This document shows positions 1 through 10,395 of a DNA stretch of 64,000 nt, in pieces. Made by a program: the position numbers and the translations under genes. This stretch comes from Alphaproteobacteria bacterium (GTDB lineage Bacteria; Pseudomonadota; Alphaproteobacteria; UBA828), in the NCBI GenBank assembly GCA_963422645.2, contig CAXXVO010000007.1, positions 384,001-448,000 on the forward strand, written 5' to 3'. Every line of letters begins with the position of its first letter. Position 1 is the stretch's first letter. The notes under the pieces are model-generated. The model did no database searches. It was not told the origin of the DNA and saw nothing but the letters and a program-made list of their open reading frames with translations.

Positions 1-255
1 TGCCCGGTGGTGTTCGACGCCACCCATTCGGTGCAACAGCCGGGCGGGCAGGGCTCGTCAAGCGGCGGGCAGCGGGAGTTCGTGCCCGTGCTGGCGCGGG
101 CGGCGGTTGCGGTGGGCGTCGCCGCGGTGTTTATGGAGACCCACCCGGCGCCCGACGAGGCGCCCTCCGACGGCCCCAACATGGTGCCGCTGGACGCCCT
201 GCCGGCGCTGCTCGACCGGCTGCTCGCCTTCGACGCGCTGGCCAAGAATTCGTGA
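1..255 (+). CDS. kdsA: KDO 8-phosphate synthase, C-terminal part (5' end outside window)
   Basis: [15 protein letters not shown]...[20 protein letters not shown] are KdsA motifs. Confidence 0.93.
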   Translation, partial: CPVVFDATHSVQQPGGQGSSSGGQREFVPVLARAAVAVGVAAVFMETHPAPDEAPSDGPNMVPLDALPALLDRLLAFDALAKNS

Positions 256-266
256 GGGAGAGAGCG

Positions 267-1166
267 ATGAGCGAGGGATGCGTGTTCATCGGTGGCGAAT
301 ACGTCGCGCCCGAGGACGCCAAGATGTCGATCTTCGACGCAGGCTTCGTCTGGAGCGATACCGTCTACGACGTGACCTCCACCTGGGCCGGCCGGTTCTT
401 CATGCTGGACGAGCATCTGGAGCGCTTCGAACGCTCCTGCGCGGGCTTCCGGCTGGAGAACCCATACGGCATCGACGAGATGCGCCAAATCCTCGCCGAG
501 TGCGTGGCGCGGACGGGGCTCGACAACTGCTACGTGAAGATCCAGCTCACCCGCGGTGTGATCCAGAGCCAGACCCGCGACCCCCGCCTCGGGGCCCCCG
601 AATTCGTGGCTTATGCCACGCCCTACGCCTGGATCTGGGGCGAGGAGAAGTGCCGCAACGGTGCTGCGCTCTATCTCAGCGGCATCGAGCGGGTCTCGTC
701 CAAGGCGATCGACGCCCGCTACAAGAACTATAACCGCGCAGACCTCGTGCAGGCCCGCTTCGAGGCCTACGACAAGGGCTGCGACGACGCGATCCTGGTG
801 GGCGCCGACGGCTCGCTCACCGAAGGGCCGGGCTACAACGTCTTCGTCGTGCGCGACGGGGCGGTGGCGACACCCGACAGCAACGTGCTGGAGGGGATCA
901 CGCGGCGCGCGGTCGCCGAGCTCTGCGAGGAGGAGGGCATTCCCTTCGCCCACCGAAGGGTGGAGCCGGAGGAGCTGGGCGCGGCCGACGAGCTCTTCGC
1001 GAGCACCACGGCCGGCGGTGTCATGCCGGTGGTGCGGCTCGGCGACAAGCCCATCGGCAACGGCCACGCCGGCCTCGTTACCAGCCGCATCCAGTCCCGC
1101 TACTGGCGGAAGCGCGAGGAGGGCTGGCACGGCACGCGGGTGGAGGACATTCGCGCCGCCGCCTAG
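267..1166 (+). CDS. Class IV PLP aminotransferase (branched-chain/D-amino acid aminotransferase-like)
   Basis: LDEHLERF, YKNYN (PLP lysine), LTEGPGYNVF, LEGITR, STTAGG; ATG 267 follows a GA-rich RBS. Confidence 0.88.
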   Translation: MSEGCVFIGGEYVAPEDAKMSIFDAGFVWSDTVYDVTSTWAGRFFMLDEHLERFERSCAGFRLENPYGIDEMRQILAECVARTGLDNCYVKIQLTRGVIQSQTRDPRLGAPEFVAYATPYAWIWGEEKCRNGAALYLSGIERVSSKAIDARYKNYNRADLVQARFEAYDKGCDDAILVGADGSLTEGPGYNVFVVRDGAVATPDSNVLEGITRRAVAELCEEEGIPFAHRRVEPEELGAADELFASTTAGGVMPVVRLGDKPIGNGHAGLVTSRIQSRYWRKREEGWHGTRVEDIRAAA

Positions 1167-1169
1167 GCG

Positions 1170-1191
1170 GGCCGGGGGGCGCCCGGCCTTT
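1170..1191 (+). terminator. Probable intrinsic terminator
   Basis: GGCCGGG-GGGCG-CCCGGCC-TTT just after the stop at 1166; U-tract is short. Confidence 0.5.
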
Positions 1192-1393
1192 CAGAGTCCC
1201 CGGACCATGGTGCGCTGCATGGCGCACGGCGACCGCGTCACCATTGCGCCATGCGGTACGCGAGCAATCAGGTCACGACACGCGGGACGGTCGAAGGAGC
1301 GGCATCCGATGCCGCGTCCGTGACCCTTCAGGCTGGCGCGATCCCGTCGCCGCGCGCGAGACCCTTCGGGCTCGCACGACTTGCGTGCGGGGT

Positions 1394-1466
1394 ATCCCGC
1401 TTATCCCACTTGAATCCCACTTATCCCGGCGAATCCCGCTTAGAATTTTGTGAATCCGTCCCGCTT
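1394..1466. repeat. Short imperfect tandem repeats ATCCCRCTT with ~10-bp period
   Basis: ATCCCGCTT 1394, ATCCCACTT 1403, ATCCCACTT 1414, ATCCCGGCG 1423, ATCCCGCTT 1433, TCCCGCTT 1459. Confidence 0.7.
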
Positions 1467-1533
1467 CGCCGCCACGCGGACACGACGAGAGACGGACGGC
1501 AGGCCCCGAGCGCGGCGGCACGAGAGGGGCGGG

Positions 1534-2523
1534 TCAGCGGTCCACGTAGTCCTCGATGTACTGGCGTACCACCTCGTCTAGCGGGGGGTTCAGGGGCAGG
1601 CCGAGGGTCGCCGCGCGGTCCGCCTTCGCGTAGGCCGGCCACGAGCCGACGAGCTGCTGCACCGCCTCATTGGGTGTGTCGATGACGGCGCCGAGGCTGC
1701 GGCCCGCGCCCACGCGCTCCAGCGCCGCCACCATCTCGCCGGCCGTCGCCGAGAAGGAGGGCAGGTTGATGGTGCGATCGTCGCCGAGGGCCGCGCTCGG
1801 CAGCTCGTGCAGGGCGAGGAGGCCATCCACGATGGTACGGTAGCCGCCGAGGACGATGCGCGTGTCCCGGCTGACCGGAAGCTCGTGGTCGATGCCGGCG
1901 AGCGGCTCGCGGAAGAGCCCGCTGGCGAAGCCGGAGGCCGCCTTGTTGGGCTTGCCCGGCCGCACGATTACGGTGGGCGGGCGCCCGCCGCGGCCATCGA
2001 GCCAGCCCTTGCGGGTGCAGTCGGCCACCAGGTGCTCGTTGATGACCTTGGTCACGCCATAGGTGCCTTGCGGCGTGATCTTGGTGACGTCGGAGATGGT
2101 CTCGGGCAGCGCGCTGCCGCCATAGACGGCGATGCTGCTGGTGAAGACGAGCCGCGGCAGCCCGGGTGCGGCGCGGCAGGCGTCGAGCACGTTGAGGCCG
2201 CCGGTCAGGTTCACGCTAAGAGCGAGGTCGAAGTCCTGCTCGGCGCCGGCGCTGACCACGGACGCGAAATGGAAGACCGAGAGCGATTCGCCCGCGATGA
2301 GCGCGCGGATTGTCTCGCCGTCGGAGACATCGCCCGCGACCGTCTCCACCCGCTCATCGTCGAGCCCCGCTGGCGCCTGCTCCGGCACTGCGGCGTCGAA
2401 GAGGATAAGCTCGTCGATCGGCTCTTGGTCTCCGGATGCGCCGGTCAGCGTCCCCCGGTCGAGCAGTGCCCGTGCGAGGCGCTGCCCGAGAAAGCCCAGT
2501 CCGCCCGTAATCACCACCTTCAT
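1534..2523 (-). CDS. denD: NAD-dependent epimerase/dehydratase, D-erythronate dehydrogenase-like
   Basis: MKVVITGGLGFLG Rossmann motif, FTSSIAVYG, YGVTK, VRPGKPNKAASGFASG; real start is ATG 2523 rather than 2682. Confidence 0.75.
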   Translation of the reverse strand: MKVVITGGLGFLGQRLARALLDRGTLTGASGDQEPIDELILFDAAVPEQAPAGLDDERVETVAGDVSDGETIRALIAGESLSVFHFASVVSAGAEQDFDLALSVNLTGGLNVLDACRAAPGLPRLVFTSSIAVYGGSALPETISDVTKITPQGTYGVTKVINEHLVADCTRKGWLDGRGGRPPTVIVRPGKPNKAASGFASGLFREPLAGIDHELPVSRDTRIVLGGYRTIVDGLLALHELPSAALGDDRTINLPSFSATAGEMVAALERVGAGRSLGAVIDTPNEAVQQLVGSWPAYAKADRAATLGLPLNPPLDEVVRQYIEDYVDR

Positions 2524-2672
2524 GCGTGCGCTCCCCCCTCTTGGTCTGGTTCGTGCCCAACATATCCTATTGGCAGGGCACGCCGGTATGCGGATGATAG
2601 CCGCCCGGACCATGCCGCCCGCCGCGAGACCGCGGCAGGGCAGGGAAGCATAGCGGGGCGAGGGGAGGCGGA

Positions 2673-3821
2673 ATGACCACAAGGGCGGCGCTTGGGCCGA
2701 ACGAATCTCTGATCGACGAGCGCGAATCGCGTGCCCGCCTGATTACGCCTGCGCTGGTGCTCGATCTCGACGCGATGGAGCGCAATATCGCAACCATGGC
2801 GGCTTACGCGGCGGAGCAGGGCGTCGCTCTCCGACCTCACGCGAAGACCCACAAGAGCGTGCAGATCGCGCGCCGCCAGCAGGAAGCCGGCGCGCTCGGC
2901 ATCTGTTGCGCCACGCTCGGCGAGGCCGAGGCGCTGGCGGCAGGAGGGATCGAGGGGCTGCTCATCACCTCGCCTATCGTGGCGCCCGCCAAGGTCAACC
3001 GCCTCATGGTGCTCCGCCGGGACCATGAATCGCTCATGGCGACGGCGGACGACATGGGCAATCTGCGCGCGCTGGAGAGTGCTGCGGCAGCGTCCGGGTT
3101 CGTGCTGGACGTGGTGATCGATGTCGATGTCGGGCTGCATCGCACCGGCGCCCGCGATGCGGAGACTGCGGTGGCGCTGGCGGAAGTCGCAGACGCGAGC
3201 GAGAGCCTGCGATTCTGCGGGCTTCAGGGCTATGCCGGTCATGTCCAGCACATCGAGGATTTCGGCGCCCGCCGCACGACCTCCCACGGCGACCTCGCGC
3301 CGCTGGGCGAGGCCCGCGACCGGCTGGTTGCACAGGGCATCGAGGTGCCGATCGTCAGCGGCGCCGGCACCGGGACCCACGATATCGACACGGAGATCGG
3401 GTTGATGACCGAGCTCCAGGTCGGCTCCTACGCGGTGATGGATGTCGAGTACCTCGACGTCCAGGCGCGGGAGGGCGGGGACTGGCGCTTCGAGCCCGCG
3501 CTCTTCGTCCGCTCGACCGTGGTCTCCGCCAGCCACGACGGCAGCGCGACCATGGATGCCGGCCTCAAGTGCTTCGCCACCGACGGGCCGCTGCCGCGCT
3601 TCCACACCGGCGTGCCCATCGGCGCGCACTACCAGCATTTCGGCGATGAGCACGGGCGCATCGTCTTCGCGAGCGCCAACGAGCGCTTGGCCATCGGTGC
3701 GGCGCTCGAATGCATCGTGCCGCACTGCGACCCCACCGTGAACCTCTATGACCACTACCACTGCGTGCGCGGCGAGACCCTGGTCGATATCTGGCCGATC
3801 GAAGCCCGCGGCCGCCATTAG
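2673..3821 (+). CDS. DSD1-family PLP enzyme (D-threonine aldolase / 3-hydroxy-D-aspartate aldolase-like)
   Basis: TPALVLDLD, LRPHAKTHK, GLQGYAGH, ELQVGSY, HCDPTVNLYD. Confidence 0.9.
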   Translation: MTTRAALGPNESLIDERESRARLITPALVLDLDAMERNIATMAAYAAEQGVALRPHAKTHKSVQIARRQQEAGALGICCATLGEAEALAAGGIEGLLITSPIVAPAKVNRLMVLRRDHESLMATADDMGNLRALESAAAASGFVLDVVIDVDVGLHRTGARDAETAVALAEVADASESLRFCGLQGYAGHVQHIEDFGARRTTSHGDLAPLGEARDRLVAQGIEVPIVSGAGTGTHDIDTEIGLMTELQVGSYAVMDVEYLDVQAREGGDWRFEPALFVRSTVVSASHDGSATMDAGLKCFATDGPLPRFHTGVPIGAHYQHFGDEHGRIVFASANERLAIGAALECIVPHCDPTVNLYDHYHCVRGETLVDIWPIEARGRH

Positions 3822-3894
3822 GGCGATGGAACCGACCTTCGCAATGATTCCACTTCGATCAAGTCATGCGCCCGGCGGGACTCTTCTCTCCCAC

Positions 3895-4005
3895 CGTCAT
3901 GGCCGGGCTTGTCCCGGCCATCCACGTGGCCATGCCATCCTCCCGGGGCGGCGAGACGGCAGCGTGGCTCTGCAGTGGATGCCCGGAACAAGTCCGGGCA
4001 TGACG
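3895..4005. repeat. Alphaproteobacterial palindromic intergenic repeat (REP/MITE-like)
   Basis: CGTCATGGCCGGGCTTGTCCCGGCCATCCAC ... GTGGATGCCCGGAACAAGTCCGGGCATGACG: long imperfect inverted arms. Confidence 0.8.
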
Positions 4006-4077
4006 AAGGGAGGGCGAGGCGCGATTGTCTCGTTCGTTACGATCCGCGCTGTAGTTCCTGGACACTAGGGGCGGGTC

Positions 4078-5181
4078 ATGGCGTCGATTTCGCTTGCCGG
4101 TTTGACCAAGCGCTTTGGCGATTTGACGGCCGTCGCCTCGCTTGATCTTGAGATTGGGGACAAGGAGTTCGTGGCGCTGCTGGGGCCGTCGGGCTGCGGC
4201 AAGACCACGACCATGAACATGATCGCGGGCATCGAGCCGCCGTCCGAGGGCCAGATCCTCTTCGACGGGCGCGACGTGCGCCAGGTGCCGCCCAACCAGC
4301 GCAAGGTCGGCTTCGTGTTCCAGAACTACGCCATCTTCACCCATATGTCTGTGCGGAAGAACCTGGCGTTCGGCCTGCAAGTGCGTGGCGTCCCGAAGGA
4401 CGAGGTCGAGCGCCGCGTCGCCGCCATGGCGGCGCTCATGCGCCTCGAAGACCGGCTCGACTGGCCCACCGCGAAGCTCAGCGTGAACGAGCTGCAGAAG
4501 GTGGCGATCGGGCGCTCGGCCATCACCGAGCCCGAGATCTTTCTGCTGGACGAGCCGCTGAGCAATCTGGACGCGGCCTTCCGCGCCTTCATGCGGACCG
4601 AGCTCAAGCACCTGCAGCACCAGTTCCAGCAGACCATGGTCTACGTCACCCACGACCAGATCGAGGCGATGAGCCTGGCGGACCGGATTGCGGTGATGGA
4701 CCTGGGCGTGCTGCAGCAGTACGGCTCGCCCATCGAGGTCTACAACGAGCCGCGCAACGTCTTCGTCGCCAACTTCATGGGCAGCCCCAGCATGAACCTG
4801 GTGCCGTGCGCATTGACGGGCGGGGACGGCAGCTATGCGCTCGACTTCGGCGAAGGCGGCAGCGCGGCGGTGGAAGACGGCGCGCTCAAGCGGCGCTGCG
4901 CTGCGGCGCGGGATGCTGCGCTGATCTTCGGCGCCCGGCCGGAGGACCTGGAGATCGAGCCGCCGGGCAACACTGCGCCTGGCATCGAGGCGACGGTGAC
5001 CTTCGTCGAGCCGATCGGCCCGCGCACGATCGTTCATCTTGCCGCAGGCGAGCGCCGGCTGAAGATCGCCAAGGGCAAGCACTACGGCATCGAGCTCGGA
5101 GCCCGGGTCAAGGCGATGCTGCCGCCGGGCAAGTGCCACCTCTTCGATGCGGAGACCGGCGAGGCGCTGGGCCTCGCCTAG
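4078..5181 (+). CDS. ABC transporter ATP-binding protein (MalK/UgpC type, TOBE domain)
   Basis: GPSGCGKT, FLLDEPLSNLD, YVTHDQ; signature motif degenerate (LSVNE). Confidence 0.9.
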   Translation: MASISLAGLTKRFGDLTAVASLDLEIGDKEFVALLGPSGCGKTTTMNMIAGIEPPSEGQILFDGRDVRQVPPNQRKVGFVFQNYAIFTHMSVRKNLAFGLQVRGVPKDEVERRVAAMAALMRLEDRLDWPTAKLSVNELQKVAIGRSAITEPEIFLLDEPLSNLDAAFRAFMRTELKHLQHQFQQTMVYVTHDQIEAMSLADRIAVMDLGVLQQYGSPIEVYNEPRNVFVANFMGSPSMNLVPCALTGGDGSYALDFGEGGSAAVEDGALKRRCAAARDAALIFGARPEDLEIEPPGNTAPGIEATVTFVEPIGPRTIVHLAAGERRLKIAKGKHYGIELGARVKAMLPPGKCHLFDAETGEALGLA

Positions 5182-5229
5182 CCCGGGCCGGTCACCGTCA
5201 CGCACCTGCGAGGAACCTGTACGGACGTC

Positions 5230-6309
5230 ATGGCACGGCTGGAACTGAGGAACGCGAGCAAGTCCTACGGCAAGACCGTTGCGGTGAAGGACATCGACCT
5301 GGATGTCGAGGACAACGAGTTCTTCTGCATCTTCGGTCCGCCGAGCTCGGGCAAGACGACGATCCTGCGCCTGCTGCTCGGGCTGGTGGCGCCGGACAAG
5401 GGCGAAATCGTCATCGGCGATAAGCCCGTCGTCGAACAGGGGCCGAAGGAGCGCAATCTGGCGATGGTGTTCCAGAACCTCGCGCTCTTTCCGCACATGA
5501 GCGCCGGACAGAACCTCGCCTTTCCGCTGGTTGAGCGGAAGATGGAGAAGGCCGCGATCATGGCGCGCGTCGCCGAGGTGGCGGAGACGCTTCACATCAC
5601 GCCGCTGTTGGACAAGCCGCCGGCGCACTTGAGCGGCGGCGAGCGCCAGCGCGTGGCCATCGGCCGGGCGCTGGTGCGGGACCCTGCGGCCTTCCTGATG
5701 GACGAGCCGATCGCGGCGCTCGATGCCAGGCTGCGCGAGGAGATGCGGGTCGAGCTCAAGCGGCTGCAGCGTGAGCTGCATCACACCATCGTCTACGTCA
5801 CCCACGACCAGGAGGAGGCGATGTCGATCGCGGATCGCATCGCCGTCATGGAGGCCGGCGAGATCCGCCAGGTGGGGACGCCGGCAGAGATCTACAACCT
5901 GCCGAACAGCCGCTACGTGGCCGAGCTGATCGGCGCGCCGCCGATGAACTTCGTGGACGGCGCGCTCGTGGACGGTGGCCGATTCGAGGGGCGCGACGTG
6001 CCGCTTGCGATCACGCTGGAGGGTGCGGAGGGGAGGGGGCCTGCGGCGCTTGCGGTGCGGCCCGAGGACCTGGAGATCGACACCTCCGGCGCCGTCGCGA
6101 AGGGCGGGGTCGAGGCTTCGATCTACGAGGTCGAGCCGCTGGGTGCGTTCACCATCGTCGATGTCAGCGCGGGCGAGCAGATCCTCAAGGTGCAGGCGCC
6201 GGGCCAACCTCACTTCACCCTCGGCGAGCGGGTGAGTCTCGTCCTTCATCCCGACCGCTGCCACCTCTTCCAAGGCGAAAGCGGCGACCTCATCCGATCC
6301 GCACGATAA
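5230..6309 (+). CDS. ABC transporter ATP-binding protein (MalK/UgpC type)
   Basis: GPPSSGKT, LSGGERQR, FLMDEP, YVTHDQEEA. Confidence 0.9.
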   Translation: MARLELRNASKSYGKTVAVKDIDLDVEDNEFFCIFGPPSSGKTTILRLLLGLVAPDKGEIVIGDKPVVEQGPKERNLAMVFQNLALFPHMSAGQNLAFPLVERKMEKAAIMARVAEVAETLHITPLLDKPPAHLSGGERQRVAIGRALVRDPAAFLMDEPIAALDARLREEMRVELKRLQRELHHTIVYVTHDQEEAMSIADRIAVMEAGEIRQVGTPAEIYNLPNSRYVAELIGAPPMNFVDGALVDGGRFEGRDVPLAITLEGAEGRGPAALAVRPEDLEIDTSGAVAKGGVEASIYEVEPLGAFTIVDVSAGEQILKVQAPGQPHFTLGERVSLVLHPDRCHLFQGESGDLIRSAR

Positions 6310-6390
6310 AGGACGCAAGCGCGTTGCCTGCGGCCAGCACGCCGCGTTAGGGTAGAAAGAGGAGAGTGGTTTCTACCCTGGTGGCCGACC

Positions 6391-6648
6391 ATGAGCCTCA
6401 ACATCAAGAATGACGAGACCTGCCGGCTGGCCCGCGAGCTCGCGCAGCTTACCGGCGAGAGCATGACCGGCGCCATCACGATAGCGCTCCGCGAGCGGCT
6501 GGAGCGCGAGACGCGTGCGCGCAGCGTGGAGGAACGCTTGAAGAAGATTCGCGCCATTGCCGAGCGCTGCGCAAAGGATCTCCAGCCAGGACCATCGGCT
6601 GTGGAGCACGGTGACCTGCTCTATGACGAGCGGGGCCTGCCCAAGTGA
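6391..6648 (+). CDS. vapB: Type II TA antitoxin VapB (Rv0623-like)
   Basis: MSLNIKNDET..LARELA..TGES.T.AI..AL; ends LYDERGLPK; GTGA overlap with the toxin gene. Confidence 0.88.
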   Translation: MSLNIKNDETCRLARELAQLTGESMTGAITIALRERLERETRARSVEERLKKIRAIAERCAKDLQPGPSAVEHGDLLYDERGLPK

Positions 6649-7031
6649 TCGTCGATAGTTCGGCCCTACTTGCCGTTCTATTCCGTGAGCCGGATGCCGA
6701 ACGCTACGAGACGGCGCTCGCCGCCGCTCCCTCGTGTCGGATGTCGCTCGGCAATGTTCTCGAGGCATCCATCGTGTGGGAAGGTCGCGGTGGCCCGGCG
6801 GCGAGTCAACGGCTAGATCTGTTCATGAATCAGGTCGGGATCGAAATGGTTCCGGTGACGGCGGAGCACGTTACGGCTGCCCGCCAAGCCTGGCGGCGCT
6901 TCGGCAAGGGCAGTCACCCGGCCTCGCTGAACTTCGGGGATTGCTTCGCCTACGCGCTGGCCGAGGTCACTGGCGAGCCGCTGCTGTTCAAAGGCGACGA
7001 CTTCGCTCTGACCGATATTGAGGCGGCGTAG
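6645..7031 (+). CDS. vapC: Type II TA toxin VapC (PIN domain)
   Basis: MIVDSSALLA, HPASLNFGDCFAYALA, LLFKGDDF. Confidence 0.92.
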   Translation: MIVDSSALLAVLFREPDAERYETALAAAPSCRMSLGNVLEASIVWEGRGGPAASQRLDLFMNQVGIEMVPVTAEHVTAARQAWRRFGKGSHPASLNFGDCFAYALAEVTGEPLLFKGDDFALTDIEAA

Positions 7032-7040
7032 GCGCGACGC

Positions 7041-7925
7041 CTACATGTTCTGCAGCAGGTGAACCAGGCTGGAGGTATCCCAGCGGTTGCCGCCGCGCTG
7101 CTGGACGTGGGCGTAGAACTGGTCCACCAGCATCGACATCGGCAGGAGCGCGCCGTTTTTCTTGCCCTCCTCGAAACAGAGGCCCAGGTCCTTACGCATC
7201 CAGTCCACGGCGAAGCCGAACTCGAACTCGCCTCTCAGCATGGTCGAGCCGCGGTTCTCCATCTGCCAGGACTGCGCTGCGCCCTTGGAGATGACTTCGA
7301 GCACGGTCTCGCCGTCGAGGCCGGCCCGCTGGGCGAAATTGAGGGCCTCGGCGAGTCCCTGAACCACGCCCGCGATGCAGATCTGGTTCACCATCTTGGT
7401 GAGCTGGCCGTTCCCCGCCGGCCCCATGTGGGTGACGTTGCGCGCGAACGCGTCGATGACCGGCTGAGCGCGGGCGAACTCGGCTTCGTCGCCACCCACC
7501 ATCACGGTCAGCATGCCGTTCTCGGCGCCCGCCTGCCCGCCCGAGACCGGCGCGTCGAGGAAGCCCACGCCCCGCTCCTTGGCTGCGGCATAGACCTCGC
7601 GGGCGACGACAGCGGAATCGGTGGTGTGGTCGATGAAGATGGTGCCTTCTGCCATGTCGGCAAGCGCGCCGTCCTCGCCGTAGACGACCGCGCGCAAGTC
7701 GTCATCGGCACCGACGCAGGCGAACACCATCTCCGCGCCTTGGGCGGCCGCTGCGGGGGTCGCAGCGGCACGGCCTTGGTAGGTCTCGGTCCACTGCGAG
7801 GCCTTGGCAGCGGTTCGGTTGTAAACGGTGACCTCATGGCCCGCGCTCGCGAGATGCCCCGCCATGGGGGACCCCATCACGCCGAGCCCGAGAAAGGCCA
7901 CCTTGGTGCCGCTGCCATCGCCCAT
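7041..7925 (-). CDS. NAD(P)-dependent oxidoreductase, 3-hydroxyisobutyrate/tartronate semialdehyde dehydrogenase family
   Basis: AFLGLGVMG, LDAPVSGG, GQLTKMVNQI, MRKDL; start taken at ATG 7925. Confidence 0.88.
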   Translation of the reverse strand: MGDGSGTKVAFLGLGVMGSPMAGHLASAGHEVTVYNRTAAKASQWTETYQGRAAATPAAAAQGAEMVFACVGADDDLRAVVYGEDGALADMAEGTIFIDHTTDSAVVAREVYAAAKERGVGFLDAPVSGGQAGAENGMLTVMVGGDEAEFARAQPVIDAFARNVTHMGPAGNGQLTKMVNQICIAGVVQGLAEALNFAQRAGLDGETVLEVISKGAAQSWQMENRGSTMLRGEFEFGFAVDWMRKDLGLCFEEGKKNGALLPMSMLVDQFYAHVQQRGGNRWDTSSLVHLLQNM

Positions 7926-8017
7926 ACTTCGTCCCTCCTCGCCGGCTTCTCGCGCCAACGCGCGGCATCCTAGCCACGCCGAAACAGCCGGGCAATGACG
8001 GCCCTGACGCCAATCTA

Positions 8018-8031
8018 TTGACGCAGATCAA
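8018..8031. promoter_or_regulatory. FNR/NnrR/DNR-type binding site
   Basis: TTGAC-GCAG-ATCAA vs consensus TTGAT-N4-ATCAA, about 95 bp upstream of the likely nosR ATG. Confidence 0.75.
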
Positions 8032-8125
8032 GGCGCAGGCGTGTGCGCGCTTCAGACTGGCTCCGAGGGCATCCGTCGCCGCACTTCTCGGGAAGCGATT
8101 GCCCAGTCGCCACAACGTGCATGCC

Positions 8126-10372
8126 ATGACAGCGGGTTCGTCTACCGTCGCAAGGCGCCGCAGAGCCGCGGCGCGCACGGTCCGCCTTGGGGCCGGCGTG
8201 GCGGTATCGATGCTCTTGCTGGCGCTCCTCGCTCACGTCGCCGGCGAAGCCCGCGCCGCCGTCGAGCTCAGCAGCGCTCTCGCCACGGTTGAGCCCGCCG
8301 ACCTTGTGCCGGGCGCCGACCGCTTCGGCCCGGTCGAGGGCGCCCCGCCCCGCGCACAGGCGCTCGAGGGTACGACCCCCCGTGGCTACGTGTTCCTCAA
8401 CACCGACGTTGCGGGTGCGGTGGGGTATTCGGGCAAGCCCATTCACCTTCTCGTCGGACTCGACACCGAAGGCACGATCACGGGCGTCGTATTGCACAAG
8501 CACCACGAGCCCATCGTCCTGATCGGGATACCGGAGCGCCGTATCAAGAGCTTCATCGCGGGCTACGTCGGGCGCAACGTCCGCGAGTTCCTGGAGGAAC
8601 GGGACGCCGGCGACCAGTCGCTCGACATCATCGCCGGCGCCACGGTCACCATCCTTGTGATCGACGACGCCATCCGCCGGTCGGCACTGCGGATGGCGCG
8701 CGCGCTGGGCCTCGCCGGGCTAGGTGAGGCGTCCGGCACGCCGACCCGGGGCGAGATCGACACCACCCAGGAGGGCGTGGACGACTGGATGACCCTGATC
8801 GGCGACGGCTCGGTGCGCCGGCTCAGCCTCAGCGTCGGCGAGGTGACCGCCGACTTCGCGGCAGCGGGCAAGGAGAAGGCCGCTGCGCGACCCGAGAGCG
8901 ACGACCCGGAAACGCGCTTCATCGACCTCTACGCGGCGGAGGTCAGCGTGCCGGTCATCGGCCGGAGCCTGCTCGGCGACGCCGAATACGGGAACCTCCG
9001 CGCGCGCCTGGAGCCCGGCCAGCATGCTTTGCTGATCGCCGCCAACGGCCTCTATTCGTTCAAGGGCTCGGGCTTCGTACGCGGCGGAATCTTCGATCGC
9101 GTCCAGCTGGTCCAGGGCGATGGCAGCATCCGCTTCCGCGACCGCCAGTACAAGCACCTCGGCGAGGTAGCGGCGGACCTGGCGCAGCCCTTCGCCGAAG
9201 TCGGCCTCTTCGTGGTGCCGGCCGACGCCGAGTTCGATCCGGCTGCGCCCTGGACCCTCCAGCTCCTGGTGCAGCGGGCGATCGGTGCGCTCGACAAGGA
9301 TTTCCTGCTCTACGAGCTCTCCTACACCCTGCCTGCGCGCTATCTGAAGCCGTTGCCCGGCCCCGCGCCGACTTCTGGCGACCCGGCTCTGTCCGAGCCG
9401 GAAGCGGCACCGGAACTCTGGCGGCGGATCTGGGAGGACCGGCTCGTCGACGTGGCAGTGCTCGGCGCGGCCATGATCGCGCTCACCCTGATCTTCTTCT
9501 TCCAGGACTGGTTCGCGCGACGGCCCAAGCTCGCGACCGGCGTGCGGGTGGGCTTCCTGCTCTTCATCGTCGCCTGGCTCGGTGGCTTCGCCCAGGCCCA
9601 GCTCTCGGTGGTCAACATACTGACCTTCGGTAACGCGCTGATTAGCGGGTTCCGCTGGTCTTACTTCCTGATGGACCCGCTGATTTTCCTGCTCTGGTGC
9701 GGCACCGCGATTGCGCTGATTTTTTGGGGCAGGGGCGTGTTCTGCGGCTGGCTCTGTCCCTTCGGTGCGCTGCAGGAGCTGCTCAACAAGGCGGCGCGGC
9801 TCGCACGGGTGCCGCAGTTGACCCTGCCCTGGGGCCTGCATGAGCGGATGTGGCCGGTCAAGTACGTGATCTTCATCGGCATCTTCGGGGTCTCCTTTCA
9901 CGACCTCGCTTTCGCCGAGCGCCTGGCGGAGGTCGAGCCCTTCAAGACCACGGTGATCTTGCACTTCGCCCACGACTGGCCCTTCGTGGCCTGGGCCGGC
10001 GTGCTGCTCGCCATCGGGCTCTTCATCGAGCGCTTCTTCTGCCGCTACATCTGTCCGCTGGGAGCGGCGCTCGCGATCCCCGGCAAGATCAGGATCATGG
10101 AGTGGCTCCGCCGCCACAAGGAATGCGGCGCGCCCTGCCACCGCTGCGCCCAGGAATGCATGGTGCAGGCGATCCATCCGGACGGGCACATCAACCCGAA
10201 CGAGTGCCTCTACTGCCTGCATTGCCAGCAGGTCTATCACGACGAGCACCGTTGCCCGCCGATGATTCAGCGCCGTCTCAGGCGCGAGCGTAGGCGTGCG
10301 CGGGCTTCCACCAACATCACCGTTCCGCCTGCCGCAACGGCAGGCTCAACCGGCACAGCTGCCAATCCCTGA
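8126..10372 (+). CDS. nosR: Nitrous oxide reductase regulatory/electron transfer protein NosR
   Basis: [27 protein letters not shown]-binding motif, [27 protein letters not shown]-terminal Fe-S cysteines; start uncertain (8126 or later). Confidence 0.95.
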   Translation: MTAGSSTVARRRRAAARTVRLGAGVAVSMLLLALLAHVAGEARAAVELSSALATVEPADLVPGADRFGPVEGAPPRAQALEGTTPRGYVFLNTDVAGAVGYSGKPIHLLVGLDTEGTITGVVLHKHHEPIVLIGIPERRIKSFIAGYVGRNVREFLEERDAGDQSLDIIAGATVTILVIDDAIRRSALRMARALGLAGLGEASGTPTRGEIDTTQEGVDDWMTLIGDGSVRRLSLSVGEVTADFAAAGKEKAAARPESDDPETRFIDLYAAEVSVPVIGRSLLGDAEYGNLRARLEPGQHALLIAANGLYSFKGSGFVRGGIFDRVQLVQGDGSIRFRDRQYKHLGEVAADLAQPFAEVGLFVVPADAEFDPAAPWTLQLLVQRAIGALDKDFLLYELSYTLPARYLKPLPGPAPTSGDPALSEPEAAPELWRRIWEDRLVDVAVLGAAMIALTLIFFFQDWFARRPKLATGVRVGFLLFIVAWLGGFAQAQLSVVNILTFGNALISGFRWSYFLMDPLIFLLWCGTAIALIFWGRGVFCGWLCPFGALQELLNKAARLARVPQLTLPWGLHERMWPVKYVIFIGIFGVSFHDLAFAERLAEVEPFKTTVILHFAHDWPFVAWAGVLLAIGLFIERFFCRYICPLGAALAIPGKIRIMEWLRRHKECGAPCHRCAQECMVQAIHPDGHINPNECLYCLHCQQVYHDEHRCPPMIQRRLRRERRRARASTNITVPPAATAGSTGTAANP

Positions 10373-10395
10373 TGCCGAGCAAAGAGGAGAAAGCC

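Noticed and set aside
1394-1466. Possible CRISPR array
   Set aside because: Units are 9 bp with no spacers, and there are no cas genes
3859-6318. Long antisense ORFs (819 aa here; also 10267-12372, 19466-21925, 23385-25856, 35734-38010, 48648-50546)
   Set aside because: Shadow frames of well-supported genes in high-GC DNA, with no recognisable motifs
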